Assembly (NCBI GenBank): GCA_045652845.1
Contig: JAZOLJ010000104.1
Span: 1-46,420 of the forward strand
Length of the DNA stretch: 46,420 nucleotides
Reading direction: 5' to 3'
Origin: Eubacteriales bacterium
GTDB taxonomy: Bacteria; Bacillota; Clostridia; Oscillospirales; CAG-272
Shown here: one piece after another, positions 19,544 through 28,250 of the stretch
Position numbering within the stretch: position 1 is the stretch's first letter
How the letters are laid out: every line of letters begins with the position of its first letter
Translations under genes and position numbers: made by a program
The notes under the pieces: model-generated
The model's database searches: none
Seen by the model: the letters and a program-made list of their open reading frames with translations, nothing else
Told to the model about the DNA's origin: nothing

Positions 19544-20620
19544 TCAGTCGAAATAACCTTCTCTGTGCAAAAGCTCTGCAATGAGAACTGCGCCGCCTGC
19601 GGCACCGCGCAGGGTGTTGTGAGAAAGACCGACAAACTTATAATCGTAAACGCTATCCTCGCGCAGGCGACCCACGGTTACGCCCATGCCGCCGTAAATA
19701 TCGCGGTCAAGCGCAGCCTGCGGGCGGTTATCCTCCTCAAAGTAGGTGATAAACTGTTCGGGCGCGTGCGGAAGCTCCAGCTCCTGCGGCTTACCCTTAA
19801 AGCTTTTCCAAGCGGCAAGGATCTGCTCTTTCGTGGGCTTCTTGCGGAATTTTACAAACACAGCGGCGGTATGACCGTCGGTTACGGGTACGCGGATGCA
19901 CTGGGTGGTGATGGTAATGCCCTCGCACTTCACAATTTCACCGTTCTCAACCTTGCCCCAAACGCGCAGGGGCTCCTGCTCGCTCTTTTCCTCCTCGCCG
20001 CCGATGAAGGGGATCACGTTGTCGATCATTTCGGGCCACTCCCGAAAGGTCTTACCTGCGCCCGAAATTGCCTGATAGGTGGTGGCAACCACCTCATAGG
20101 GCTCAAATTCCATGAGGGCGGTAAGTGCGGGCACGTAGGACTGGATCGAGCAGTTGGGCTTTACTGCCACAAAGCCGCGCTTGGTGCCAAGACGCTTTCT
20201 TTGTGCGGCAATGACCTCAAGGTGCGCGTCGTTGATCTCCGGGATCACCATGGGGACGTCGGGCGTCCAGCGGTGTGCGGAGTTGTTGGATACCACGGGG
20301 ATCTCTGCCTTGGCATAGGCATCCTCCAGTGCGCGGATATCCTCCTTTTTCATATCAACGGCGCAGAACACCATATCGCAAAGTGCCTTCATCTCGTTGA
20401 TATTGGCGGCGTCGTGCACGAGCATATCGGCAGCGTACGCGGGCATAGGAGTTTTAAGCTTCCAGCGGTCGCCCACTGCCTCGCGGTAGGTCTTGCCTGC
20501 CGAGCGTGCAGAAGCGGCAAGTGCCGTTACTTCAAAATAAGGGTGGTTGTCAAGCAGGGTGAGAAAGCGTTGTCCCACCATACCGGTAGCGCCAATTACG
20601 CCAACTTTACGTTTTGCCAT
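19544..20620 (-). CDS. asd: Aspartate-semialdehyde dehydrogenase
   Basis: VGVIGATGMVGQRF Rossmann motif, SNNSAHR, VKPNCS, TTYQAISGAG, QCIRVPVTDGH, HNTLRGAAGG. Start re-called at ATG 20620. Confidence 0.95.
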   Translation of the reverse strand: MAKRKVGVIGATGMVGQRFLTLLDNHPYFEVTALAASARSAGKTYREAVGDRWKLKTPMPAYAADMLVHDAANINEMKALCDMVFCAVDMKKEDIRALEDAYAKAEIPVVSNNSAHRWTPDVPMVIPEINDAHLEVIAAQRKRLGTKRGFVAVKPNCSIQSYVPALTALMEFEPYEVVATTYQAISGAGKTFREWPEMIDNVIPFIGGEEEKSEQEPLRVWGKVENGEIVKCEGITITTQCIRVPVTDGHTAAVFVKFRKKPTKEQILAAWKSFKGKPQELELPHAPEQFITYFEEDNRPQAALDRDIYGGMGVTVGRLREDSVYDYKFVGLSHNTLRGAAGGAVLIAELLHREGYFD

Positions 20621-20657
20621 GGTAGTTCTCCTTTGGGAATTATCGAAATAATAAAAG

Positions 20658-20686
20658 ATTATAGCACACACTGCATAAAAAATCAA
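20658..20686 (-). promoter_or_regulatory. SigmaA-type promoter for asd
   Basis: Minus strand TTGATT-17 bp-TATAAT with TGTGcTATAAT extended -10. Confidence 0.6.
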
Positions 20687-20724
20687 TAGGTTTGCATGAT
20701 TTTCCTTTAAAATGCAGCGGCGGG

Positions 20725-21591
20725 TTATTGATGCAGCAGGCGATACAGCTCGTTTTTGGGCATACCGCGCTCCTTGGCGGCTTTTTTGATGGCATCCATG
20801 CGTGCCATACCCTGCTTTTCATAATATGCAACGTGGTCGGCGGGGGAGAGTGTAAGCAGCGGTGAAGCCGTTTCCTGCACGGCGCAGCCGTTGCCGCCCG
20901 CCACGATCAATACGTACTCGCCGCGCGGCGCGGTTTCTCTGTAATGTGCAATCGCGCCGCCAAGCGTGGTGCGCAATATTTCCTCGTTGCGCTTGGTCAG
21001 CTCACGGCAAAGGGCAATGGCACGGTTGCTGCCAAACGCCCCCTCAAGTTCATCAAGCGTTTCGGGAAGACGGTGGGGTGCTTCATGAAAAATCATGGTA
21101 CGCGTTTCGTTTGTGAGTGCCGTTAAGCGTGCTTGACGCTCTTTTTTTTCACGGGGCAAAAAGCCCTCAAAGCAAAAGCGTGCGGTGGCAAGGCCCGAGA
21201 GTGCAAGCGCAGTAATGCCTGCGCAGCAGCCGGGCACCGAGGTCACGGGCACGCAGGCATCGGCGGCAAGTGCCACAAGATCCTCGCCGGGATCGCTGAT
21301 GGCAGGGGTGCCCGCATCGGTTACCAGCGCGCAGCTCTCGCCGTTTTGCAAGCGCGCCACGATCATGGGGCCGCGTTCGCGGCGATTGTGGTCGTGATAG
21401 GAAACAAGCGGGCGTGAGATGCCAAAGGCGGCAAGCAGCTTGGCGGTGTTACGGGTGTCCTCGGCGGCAATAAAATCCACCTCGGCAAGGGTCTTTTTGG
21501 CACGGTCGGAAAGATCGGCAAGATTGCCGATGGGGGTAGCGACTAAATAGAGCGTCCCGCCGAGGATGCGGTTTTTTTCTTCGTTTGGCAT
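20725..21591 (-). CDS. rsmI: 16S rRNA (cytidine1402-2'-O)-methyltransferase RsmI
   Basis: GTLYLVATPIGNLAD, AAEDTR, VTDAGTPAISDPG, FEGFLP, EAPHR, CRELTK, PRGEYV. Start re-called at ATG 21591 (GAAAGGA RBS). Confidence 0.95.
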   Translation of the reverse strand: MPNEEKNRILGGTLYLVATPIGNLADLSDRAKKTLAEVDFIAAEDTRNTAKLLAAFGISRPLVSYHDHNRRERGPMIVARLQNGESCALVTDAGTPAISDPGEDLVALAADACVPVTSVPGCCAGITALALSGLATARFCFEGFLPREKKERQARLTALTNETRTMIFHEAPHRLPETLDELEGAFGSNRAIALCRELTKRNEEILRTTLGGAIAHYRETAPRGEYVLIVAGGNGCAVQETASPLLTLSPADHVAYYEKQGMARMDAIKKAAKERGMPKNELYRLLHQ

Positions 21592-21673
21592 GAGTGTTCC
21601 TTTCTCCCACGGTGGCACGGGGCAGGGCTCTCACATAAGATGGTTGTGAGAAATTTTTTAAGGGGTGGCAAGC

Positions 21674-22240
21674 ATGGCAATTAAGATCTATATCGATCAG
21701 GGGCACAATCCCGTCAACCCAAACGCGGGCGCGGAGGGTAACGGATTGCGCGAGCAAAACATTGTATATCGGATCGGGCAGGAGCTGGCAACGCTGCTTC
21801 GCCAAAGCGGTAATTACGAGGTGCGACTGTCGCGCCCCACGGCAGATACGCAGCTTGGAACGTCAAATTCCACCAGCCTGCGGCTGCGTGCAAGCGACGC
21901 GAACAGCTGGGGCGCAGATTATTTTCTCAGCCTGCACACCAACGCTTCGGAGCTTGCCGCCGCCACGGGGAGCGAGGCATTTGTGTTTGCACTCGGCGGC
22001 ACTGCCGCAGCACTTGCCACAGATATATTAGCCGCCCTTCAGAATGAAACGGGGCTACAAAATCGCGGTGTGTTTGCGCGCCCCTCGCTTTACGTGCTGA
22101 AGCGCACCGATATGCCCGCAATTTTGCTTGAGCTTGGATTTATTACCAACGCGCGTGATGCGCGGCTGATGAATGAGCAGCCACAGCTTTTTGCACGTGG
22201 GATCTATGAGGGGATCGTGGCATACACGGGGCTGGCGTGA
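21674..22240 (+). CDS. N-acetylmuramoyl-L-alanine amidase (Amidase_3), catalytic domain only
   Basis: IYIDQGH, GLRE, ANSWGADYFLSLHTN, LYVLKRTDMPAILLELGFITN; no signal peptide or wall-binding repeats visible. Confidence 0.9.
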   Translation: MAIKIYIDQGHNPVNPNAGAEGNGLREQNIVYRIGQELATLLRQSGNYEVRLSRPTADTQLGTSNSTSLRLRASDANSWGADYFLSLHTNASELAAATGSEAFVFALGGTAAALATDILAALQNETGLQNRGVFARPSLYVLKRTDMPAILLELGFITNARDARLMNEQPQLFARGIYEGIVAYTGLA

Positions 22241-22257
22241 AAAGTCCTTTAACGGTG

Positions 22258-23013
22258 TCAAAAAATCCCATTATTGTAAATAGCCTGCGCGCGCTCGGAA
22301 AGGGCGGTGTCGCCGATCCTATCATGCAAAAGCAGGGGCGGCAGGACGACAAGCCCCTCGCCGCCGCCAAGCCGCGCCTCGAGCAGCACCATAGAGGGGG
22401 CGGCACTTGGGTGATCGTGTACAAACACGCACCGTTTGGGGGCTAATTTGGCGGCGCGCAGTGCCGCAAACAGGCTTTCAAGGCGATCGGGACGGTATAC
22501 CGCACAAAAGGTTCCGCCGTATTTTAAGCACCGCGCCGCAGCTGCGGCAAATTCGGCAATGCCGCCATCGGTTTCGTGCCGTGCGGTCTGCTTGGCACCG
22601 TGCGGCGAGGAAAAGCCGCTGTCGGTGCGCATATAGGGTGGGTTTGCAAATACTGCCTCCACCTCGCCGCCAAGCATGGCGGCGGTGAGCACGCGTGCAT
22701 CCGCCTCGCGCACCGTGATGCGGTCGTCAAGGTGATTGAGCGCCACGTTGCGTGCTGTCAGCTCTGCCATTTCGTGCTGTATTTCTACGGCTGTAATATG
22801 CGAAAAACGCCCCCGTGCGGCGGCTAACAGTGAAATGATGCCGTTGCCGCAGCCAAGCTCAAGCGCGCGAGCACGCGGTGCGGGGCGCAAAAACGCCGAA
22901 AGCAAAAAGGCATCCGTGCCAAACGCGAGGGCGTTTTTCTTTTGTATGAGGCAAAGCCTTTCGTTTACCTCGTCAAGCCGTTCGTCGACGGTAAGAGAAA
23001 CCTCGTAATTCAT
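22258..23013 (-). CDS. tRNA1(Val) (adenine37-N6)-methyltransferase-like (YabB/TrmN6 family)
   Basis: FGTDAFLLS, SAM motif LELGCGNG, VEIQ, ANPPY, ARHE, YRPDRL; conserved position between yaaT and rsmI. Confidence 0.85.
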   Translation of the reverse strand: MNYEVSLTVDERLDEVNERLCLIQKKNALAFGTDAFLLSAFLRPAPRARALELGCGNGIISLLAAARGRFSHITAVEIQHEMAELTARNVALNHLDDRITVREADARVLTAAMLGGEVEAVFANPPYMRTDSGFSSPHGAKQTARHETDGGIAEFAAAAARCLKYGGTFCAVYRPDRLESLFAALRAAKLAPKRCVFVHDHPSAAPSMVLLEARLGGGEGLVVLPPLLLHDRIGDTALSERAQAIYNNGIF

Positions 23014-23034
23014 AAAACACCTTCATCTGCTACC

Positions 23035-23080
23035 GAAAAAGACTGATTTTAAAGCGCAGCCTTAAAACCAGTCTTTTTTC
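23035..23080 (-). terminator. Intrinsic terminator after the ferredoxin gene
   Basis: Imperfect inverted repeat AAAAAGACTGATTTTAA / TTAAAACCAGTCTTTTT, with T-runs on both strands. Confidence 0.6.
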
Positions 23081-23096
23081 ATTTGGATCTGTAAAA

Positions 23097-23267
23097 TTAC
23101 TCAGCCTGGGGCGCACCAACGGGGCAAGCACCCTCGCAGGCACCGCACTCTACGCAAAGATCAGCGTCGATCTCGTATTTATCTGCACCCTCCTTGATTG
23201 CCTCAACAGGGCATTCGGACTGGCATGCGCCGCAGGAAATGCAAGCATCGGTAATTTTGTAAGCCAT
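23097..23267 (-). CDS. 2[4Fe-4S] clostridial-type ferredoxin (56 aa)
   Basis: Below the ORF-track cutoff. Manual translation MAYKITDACISCGACQSECPVEAIKEGADKYEIDADLCVECGACEGACPVGAPQAE* has two CxxCxxCxxxCP motifs; GGAGG RBS. Confidence 0.96.
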   Translation of the reverse strand: MAYKITDACISCGACQSECPVEAIKEGADKYEIDADLCVECGACEGACPVGAPQAE

Positions 23268-23312
23268 GGTTATGTACCTCCGTAAAAATAGATTAACACT
23301 GTGGTTGATTTA

Positions 23313-23340
23313 ATTGTAGCATATTTTTTAAAAAATGCAA
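23313..23340 (-). promoter_or_regulatory. Putative sigmaA promoter for ferredoxin
   Basis: Minus strand TTGCAT-16 bp-TACAAT with TG extension (TGcTACAAT). Confidence 0.5.
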
Positions 23341-23406
23341 CCGTTTTTCGCGAAAAAGTTTAGATAAATTTCTGTAAAAGCCGTGCGGCAAGGAAAAAGC
23401 GGCGGA

Positions 23407-24894
23407 TCAGGTCTGTGCTCCTTCGCTTCCCTTGGGCGTGGCGGCGATCTCCTTTTTGTCAAGCACGGTCAGCTTGTCGCGGTGGTAAACGGCAGGCGTG
23501 CCGTTTTCCGCATTGTCACACAGCACCTTGACCATACCCGTGAGGGGCGTGGCATCCACCACGGTGCCCGCACCGTCTGGCGTCATGACGCGCGTATCCT
23601 TTTTGGGGGTGAGTGCCGCCTCTGCCGCATAGCTTTCATGCTCGTATCTGAGGCAGCACATGAGGCGACCGCAGCAGCCCGAGATCTTTGAGGTGTTGAT
23701 CGAGAGCCCCTGCTCCTTTGCCATCTTGACCGAAACCTGACCGAAATCCGAGAGGAAGGTCGTGCAGCAGAAGGGTCTGCCGCACATGCCAAGCCCGCCA
23801 ATGAGGCGCGACTCGTCGCGAATGCCGATCTGGCGCAGCTCGATACGGGTGCGGAACACGCCCGCGAGGTCGCGTACCAGCTCGCGGAAATCAACGCGCC
23901 CCTCCGAGGTGAAATAAAAGAGCAGCTTTGAATTGTCAAAGGTGTATTGCGCATCCACCAAGCTCATATCCAGCTTGTGTGCGGCGATCTTTTCGGCGCA
24001 GAGCTTTAACGCCTGTGCCTCCTTGCGGCGGTTTTCCGCCTCGTGTGCGGTATCCTCGGCGGTGGCGCGGCGCAGCACGGAGCGCAGCGGCTGAACGATA
24101 TCCTTTTCGGGCATTTTGCGGTTCAGCATCACGACCTCGCCGTATTCGGGCCCGCGTGCGGTATCCACGATTGCCGCCTCGCCGATCTTAAAGCGCTGAC
24201 CCTGGGGCGCGAAGAAATAGATCTTGCCCGCTTGTCTGAAGCGAATGCCGATCACCTCGATCGCCTTTCCGTCGGGCGCGGGGAAGCCGCAGGGAACGTC
24301 CTCTACAAGATAGGCGGCGGTGGCAATATCCACCTCAAACTCCTTGGTGTCTGCCGCATTGCTCAGGGAAAGCCTTTTCTCTGCCTCGGCTACGGGTGAA
24401 CGGAAGGACAGCGAGGGGATAGGGGCTGCAAATTGCGCATCCAGCTCTCTTTGCAGGCTTGCGCTGATCTCGGGGGCTGCAGGTCTTTGCGCCTGGCGCT
24501 CCTGTCTTTGGGGGCGACCCTCGCGGCGACCTTGCCCCTTTTCCTGTGCGTGTTGCGGGCGGCGGTCGTTTTTGCCTGCCGCCGAGGGCTTTTTATCTGC
24601 CGAAGGCTTGCCGAGCTCTGCCTGCTGACGGGGCTTTTGCGTGTTAGCGCGCTGTTCGTTGGCGGGGGCGGCATTGCCGTGCCCGCGGCGGTTTGTTCTG
24701 CGGCGATTGTGGCGCTTGCCGCCGTGCTTGGCACCCTCCTCACGCGTTGCTGCTTTTTCGTTGGCACGCGGGGGGGTTGCTGCCTGTCGCGGCTCGGCAG
24801 GGCGCTCGCCCGGCACGATAAAGTTTCCGGGGCGCACCGAAATGCGGGGCTCGCCCTCTTTTTTTTGTGTAAAATTTTTCTTTTGATTTTCCAT
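23407..24894 (-). CDS. yaaT: RicT/YaaT (PSP1 domain, stage 0 sporulation family) with long N-terminal low-complexity extension
   Basis: VIGIRFRQAGKIYFF, YTFDNSKLLFYFTSEGRVDFRELVRDLA, RIELRQIGIRDE, GMCGRPFCC, SGCCGRLMCCLRYE; downstream of holB; GGAG RBS at ATG 24894. Confidence 0.9.
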   Translation of the reverse strand: MENQKKNFTQKKEGEPRISVRPGNFIVPGERPAEPRQAATPPRANEKAATREEGAKHGGKRHNRRRTNRRGHGNAAPANEQRANTQKPRQQAELGKPSADKKPSAAGKNDRRPQHAQEKGQGRREGRPQRQERQAQRPAAPEISASLQRELDAQFAAPIPSLSFRSPVAEAEKRLSLSNAADTKEFEVDIATAAYLVEDVPCGFPAPDGKAIEVIGIRFRQAGKIYFFAPQGQRFKIGEAAIVDTARGPEYGEVVMLNRKMPEKDIVQPLRSVLRRATAEDTAHEAENRRKEAQALKLCAEKIAAHKLDMSLVDAQYTFDNSKLLFYFTSEGRVDFRELVRDLAGVFRTRIELRQIGIRDESRLIGGLGMCGRPFCCTTFLSDFGQVSVKMAKEQGLSINTSKISGCCGRLMCCLRYEHESYAAEAALTPKKDTRVMTPDGAGTVVDATPLTGMVKVLCDNAENGTPAVYHRDKLTVLDKKEIAATPKGSEGAQT

Positions 24895-24920
24895 GATTAC
24901 TCCATATTTCGAGTTTGTGA

Positions 24921-25967
24921 TTATAGGGTAAACAGCTCTGAAAGCAGACGCGTGACGGTCAGCTTTACGTTTGCGTTTGCGGCAAGTGCCGCCTCGGCAT
25001 GCTGAACGGCGGCGGATACGGCAAGCAATCGCTCGGTGGTAAAGCCTGCGGAAAGCTCGATCGCGTGCTCGCGATCTGTGAAGAACAGAAGCGGTGCACT
25101 TTCCGTGCGTGTGAGTAAAATGAGATCGCGCAGGGCAAGCTTGAGCGTGGAAAGCTCCCCCGTCACGTCGGCGCGCCCCGTCCCAAAGGACTGAAAGAGC
25201 AGCAATAGCTTATCCTGTGCGGTTTTCGCGGCAAGCTGCTGCAGTATCTCCTTGGCGTGTGCGCGTTGCTCCATTTGCGGTGCGCGCTTTTGCGGATCAA
25301 GGAGCGCGAGAGCCTCGCCGATCGAGCCGCCCGAGAGCGAGATCAGTGCCTCAAGCTCCTCGGGGCGCTCTCGCTGCAGGGCGGGTGCACCGCCTGCGAT
25401 TGCCTCGGGTGCGGTGAGAAGATATTCACGCATCGTATCGCGGTCAATGGGCTGTAGCCTCAGAATCGGCGCACGGGAGCGCACCGTTTCAAGCAGGCTG
25501 CCCGCATCCTCGGTCAGCAGTAAAAAAAGCACGAAGACGGGCGGCTCCTCAAGGGTCAGCAGCAAGGCGTTTTGCGCCTGCGGCGTCATGGTGTGCGCAT
25601 CCTCTATCACGTAGACCTTTACGTCAAGGTCGTTTGGGACGGTGGCAATGCCCGCGCGCAGCTCGCGCACGGTATCCACACCCATGGTGGCTTTATCCTC
25701 GGGGCGCTTTACCGTGATCACGTCAAGGCAGTTGTCAGCGGCGATTTTGCGACAGGGCTTACACTTGCCGCAGGGCAGGGGATGCCCCTCGCTTTCTCTG
25801 TTTTCACACGCCGCCGCCATGGCAAGCTGACGGGCAAGCGTGTGCTTGCCGCTGCCGCGCGGCCCCTCTAAAATATAGGCGTGTGAGAAGGAATGCCGAT
25901 AAAATTCGGTGCCGATGCGGTGGCGCAGTGCGTGATTGCCCCTGATTTCGGGAAAAAATGCTTTCAC
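24921..25967 (-). CDS. holB: DNA polymerase III subunit delta'
   Basis: HAYILEGPRGSGKH, zinc Cys cluster (C...PCGKCKPC), VYVIEDAHTMTPQAQNALLLTLEEPP, LLETVRSR. GTG start at 25967 after GAGGGGG; holB-yaaT synteny. Confidence 0.88.
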   Translation of the reverse strand: MKAFFPEIRGNHALRHRIGTEFYRHSFSHAYILEGPRGSGKHTLARQLAMAAACENRESEGHPLPCGKCKPCRKIAADNCLDVITVKRPEDKATMGVDTVRELRAGIATVPNDLDVKVYVIEDAHTMTPQAQNALLLTLEEPPVFVLFLLLTEDAGSLLETVRSRAPILRLQPIDRDTMREYLLTAPEAIAGGAPALQRERPEELEALISLSGGSIGEALALLDPQKRAPQMEQRAHAKEILQQLAAKTAQDKLLLLFQSFGTGRADVTGELSTLKLALRDLILLTRTESAPLLFFTDREHAIELSAGFTTERLLAVSAAVQHAEAALAANANVKLTVTRLLSELFTL

Positions 25968-26018
25968 GGTCACGCCCCCCTCGGTTACTAAAATTAAGGA
26001 TAATATCCTCAACATATT

Positions 26019-26047
26019 ATTATAGCAAAATAAAATTGCCGTGTCAA
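26019..26047 (-). promoter_or_regulatory. Consensus sigmaA promoter for holB-yaaT
   Basis: Minus strand TTGACA-17 bp-TATAAT with TGn extension. Confidence 0.75.
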
Positions 26048-26186
26048 TCCCGCCCCAAGAGAACTTTGCGGCAAGTTTTTGGCAAAAAACGCGGCAGCGG
26101 CCGCGCGGGCGATCAATTTTTCTCGGGAAATGTTAAAAAATCACAAAAAGTGTGAATATTTCAAGAATAAAGTGTTTCGAATTCTC

Positions 26187-26215
26187 TTGCAAAGCATCAT
26201 TCGGGGTAGTATAAT
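26187..26215 (+). promoter_or_regulatory. SigmaA-type promoter for the glycogen operon
   Basis: TTGCAA (26187-92)-17 bp-TATAAT (26210-15). Confidence 0.65.
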
Positions 26216-26272
26216 AAATATAAGCTAACCTGTAAGGGTATTGCCGTATTTCACCGAAGGGGGAGTTGTTAT

Positions 26273-28177
26273 ATGCAGCAGAAGGGTAGCCTTGCTCCGT
26301 ATCTGTTTCATCAGGGCACAAACTTCAAAAGCCACGACTATCTCGGCGTGCATAAAACCGAAGGCGGCTACGTTTTTCGCGTTTGGGCTCCGCATGCTGC
26401 AGCTGTTTTTATCGTTGGTGATCACAACGGCTGGAGCGAGTCGGACCCCATGGTGCGCGTAACCGAGGGCGGTGTGTTTGAGGGCACTGTTTCGGGCGAT
26501 CGCTTTGGTGTTGGCAGCCTTTACAAATTTAAAATGAAGACACCGCACGGTGACGTGTATAAAGCAGACCCCTACGGCACGTATGCGGGGCAATATCCCG
26601 AAACCGCCTCGATCTATTTTGACATTGACGGGTACGAATGGCGAGATGACGGCTGGCTGCGTTACCGTCGCCGCGAGGCAAAAAAGCCGATCGAGGCTCG
26701 CCCGCTGAATATTTACGAGGTACACCTTGGCTCTTGGCGTCGGCATGCGGACGGCAGCTATTTTACCTACGCCGAAAGCGCGCGCGAGCTTGCCACCTAC
26801 GCCAAGCAAATGGGCTACACGCACGTGGAGCTGCTGCCTGTTATGGAGCACCCGTACGACGGCTCATGGGGCTATCAGATCACGGGCTACTTTGCGCCCA
26901 CCTCGCGCTACGGCACGCCGCACGATCTGATGGCGTTTGTTGATACCATGCATGAGGCGGGGGTCGGTGTGATCCTTGACTGGGTGCCCGCGCATTTCCC
27001 AAAGGATGCCCAGGGGCTTTACGAGTTTGACGGTGAGCCGCTTTACGAGTATCAGGGCAAGGATCGGCAGGAGCACCGCGGCTGGGGCACACGCTGCTTT
27101 GACGTGGGGCGTGAGGAGGTACAGAGCTTTCTCATTTCAAACGCCACCTACTGGGCAGAAAAATACCACGTCGACGGTCTGCGTGTGGATGCGGTTGCCT
27201 CGATGCTCTATCTTGATTACGACCGCTTGCCCGGTGAGTGGGTACCCAACGTATTCGGCGACAACAAAAGCCTTGAGGCGATCGCCTTTTTCCGCAAGCT
27301 GAACGCCCATATGCGCGGCGCGTTTCCCGACGTGATGATGATCGCCGAGGAATCCGGCGCATGGGGCAATCTTACCCGCTTTGAGGATGGCGGTCTTGGC
27401 TTTACCCTCAAATGGAATATGGGCTGGATGAACGACACGCTCGCTTACTCCGAGATCGATCCTATTTACCGCAAATACAGCCACAGCAAGCTGACCTTTT
27501 CACTCTCGTACGCGTTTGGAGAAAAATACGTGCTTCCTATCTCGCATGACGAGGTGGTGCACGGCAAAAAATCCTTTCTTGACCGCAACCCCGGCGATTA
27601 TCTGCAAAAGTTTGCGGGGGCGCGCGCACATCTTGCGTATATGATGACGCACCCGGGCAAAAAGCTGCTCTTTATGGGCAGTGAGATCGCACAGTTTCGC
27701 GAGTGGGATTACGAAAACGAGCTCGAGTGGTTTTTGCTGGATTACCCGAAGCATGCTGAATTTCAGCAGTACGTGGCGGCACTCAACCACCTGTATCTCT
27801 CAACCCCCGCGCTTTTCGAGCAGGATGGCGGCTTTGAGGGCTTTCAGTGGATCGACCCCGATAACTGCGACCAAAGCGTGCTCTCCTATCGCCGTATCGA
27901 CCGACGGGGCAGGGAGGTGGTGGTGCTCATCAATTTCACCCCCGTGCTGCGCGATCATTTCCGCATAGGGCTTCCTTACCACGGTGTGTGGCAGGAAATA
28001 TTCTCCTCTGACGAGGTGCGCTTTGGCGGCACGGGTGCTATCAACGCGGGTGATATACGCACCGAGCAAAGACCTATGCACGGGCTTTTGCAATCGGCAA
28101 CGCTCACCCTGCCTCCCATGGGCGCAGTGATGTTAAGCTGCAAGCGCAAATTTCCAAGCAAGCCAAAATTAAAGTAA
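26273..28177 (+). CDS. glgB: 1,4-alpha-glucan branching enzyme
   Basis: FRVWAPHA, KADPY, NIYEVHLGSW, GYTHVELLP, SWGYQ, DWVPAHFP, GLRVDAVASMLY, AEES, KWNMGWMND, SHDEVVHGK. Confidence 0.97.
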   Translation: MQQKGSLAPYLFHQGTNFKSHDYLGVHKTEGGYVFRVWAPHAAAVFIVGDHNGWSESDPMVRVTEGGVFEGTVSGDRFGVGSLYKFKMKTPHGDVYKADPYGTYAGQYPETASIYFDIDGYEWRDDGWLRYRRREAKKPIEARPLNIYEVHLGSWRRHADGSYFTYAESARELATYAKQMGYTHVELLPVMEHPYDGSWGYQITGYFAPTSRYGTPHDLMAFVDTMHEAGVGVILDWVPAHFPKDAQGLYEFDGEPLYEYQGKDRQEHRGWGTRCFDVGREEVQSFLISNATYWAEKYHVDGLRVDAVASMLYLDYDRLPGEWVPNVFGDNKSLEAIAFFRKLNAHMRGAFPDVMMIAEESGAWGNLTRFEDGGLGFTLKWNMGWMNDTLAYSEIDPIYRKYSHSKLTFSLSYAFGEKYVLPISHDEVVHGKKSFLDRNPGDYLQKFAGARAHLAYMMTHPGKKLLFMGSEIAQFREWDYENELEWFLLDYPKHAEFQQYVAALNHLYLSTPALFEQDGGFEGFQWIDPDNCDQSVLSYRRIDRRGREVVVLINFTPVLRDHFRIGLPYHGVWQEIFSSDEVRFGGTGAINAGDIRTEQRPMHGLLQSATLTLPPMGAVMLSCKRKFPSKPKLK

Positions 28178-28250
28178 AGTAAAGACCCGACAAATACCTT
28201 TTTGACTCCGACGACTCTACTTTTGTACGAAAACCTATGGAGGATATATC

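Noticed and set aside
20621-20724. Lysine riboswitch upstream of asd
   Set aside because: The predicted promoter is only about 35 nt from the start codon; no room and no L-box motifs.
26130-26168. Rex/CRP/cre-like operator upstream of glgB (TGTTA-N5-TCACA, TCACA-N5-TGTGA)
   Set aside because: Spacing and orientation do not fit the Rex or CRP consensus; too weak in AT-rich DNA.
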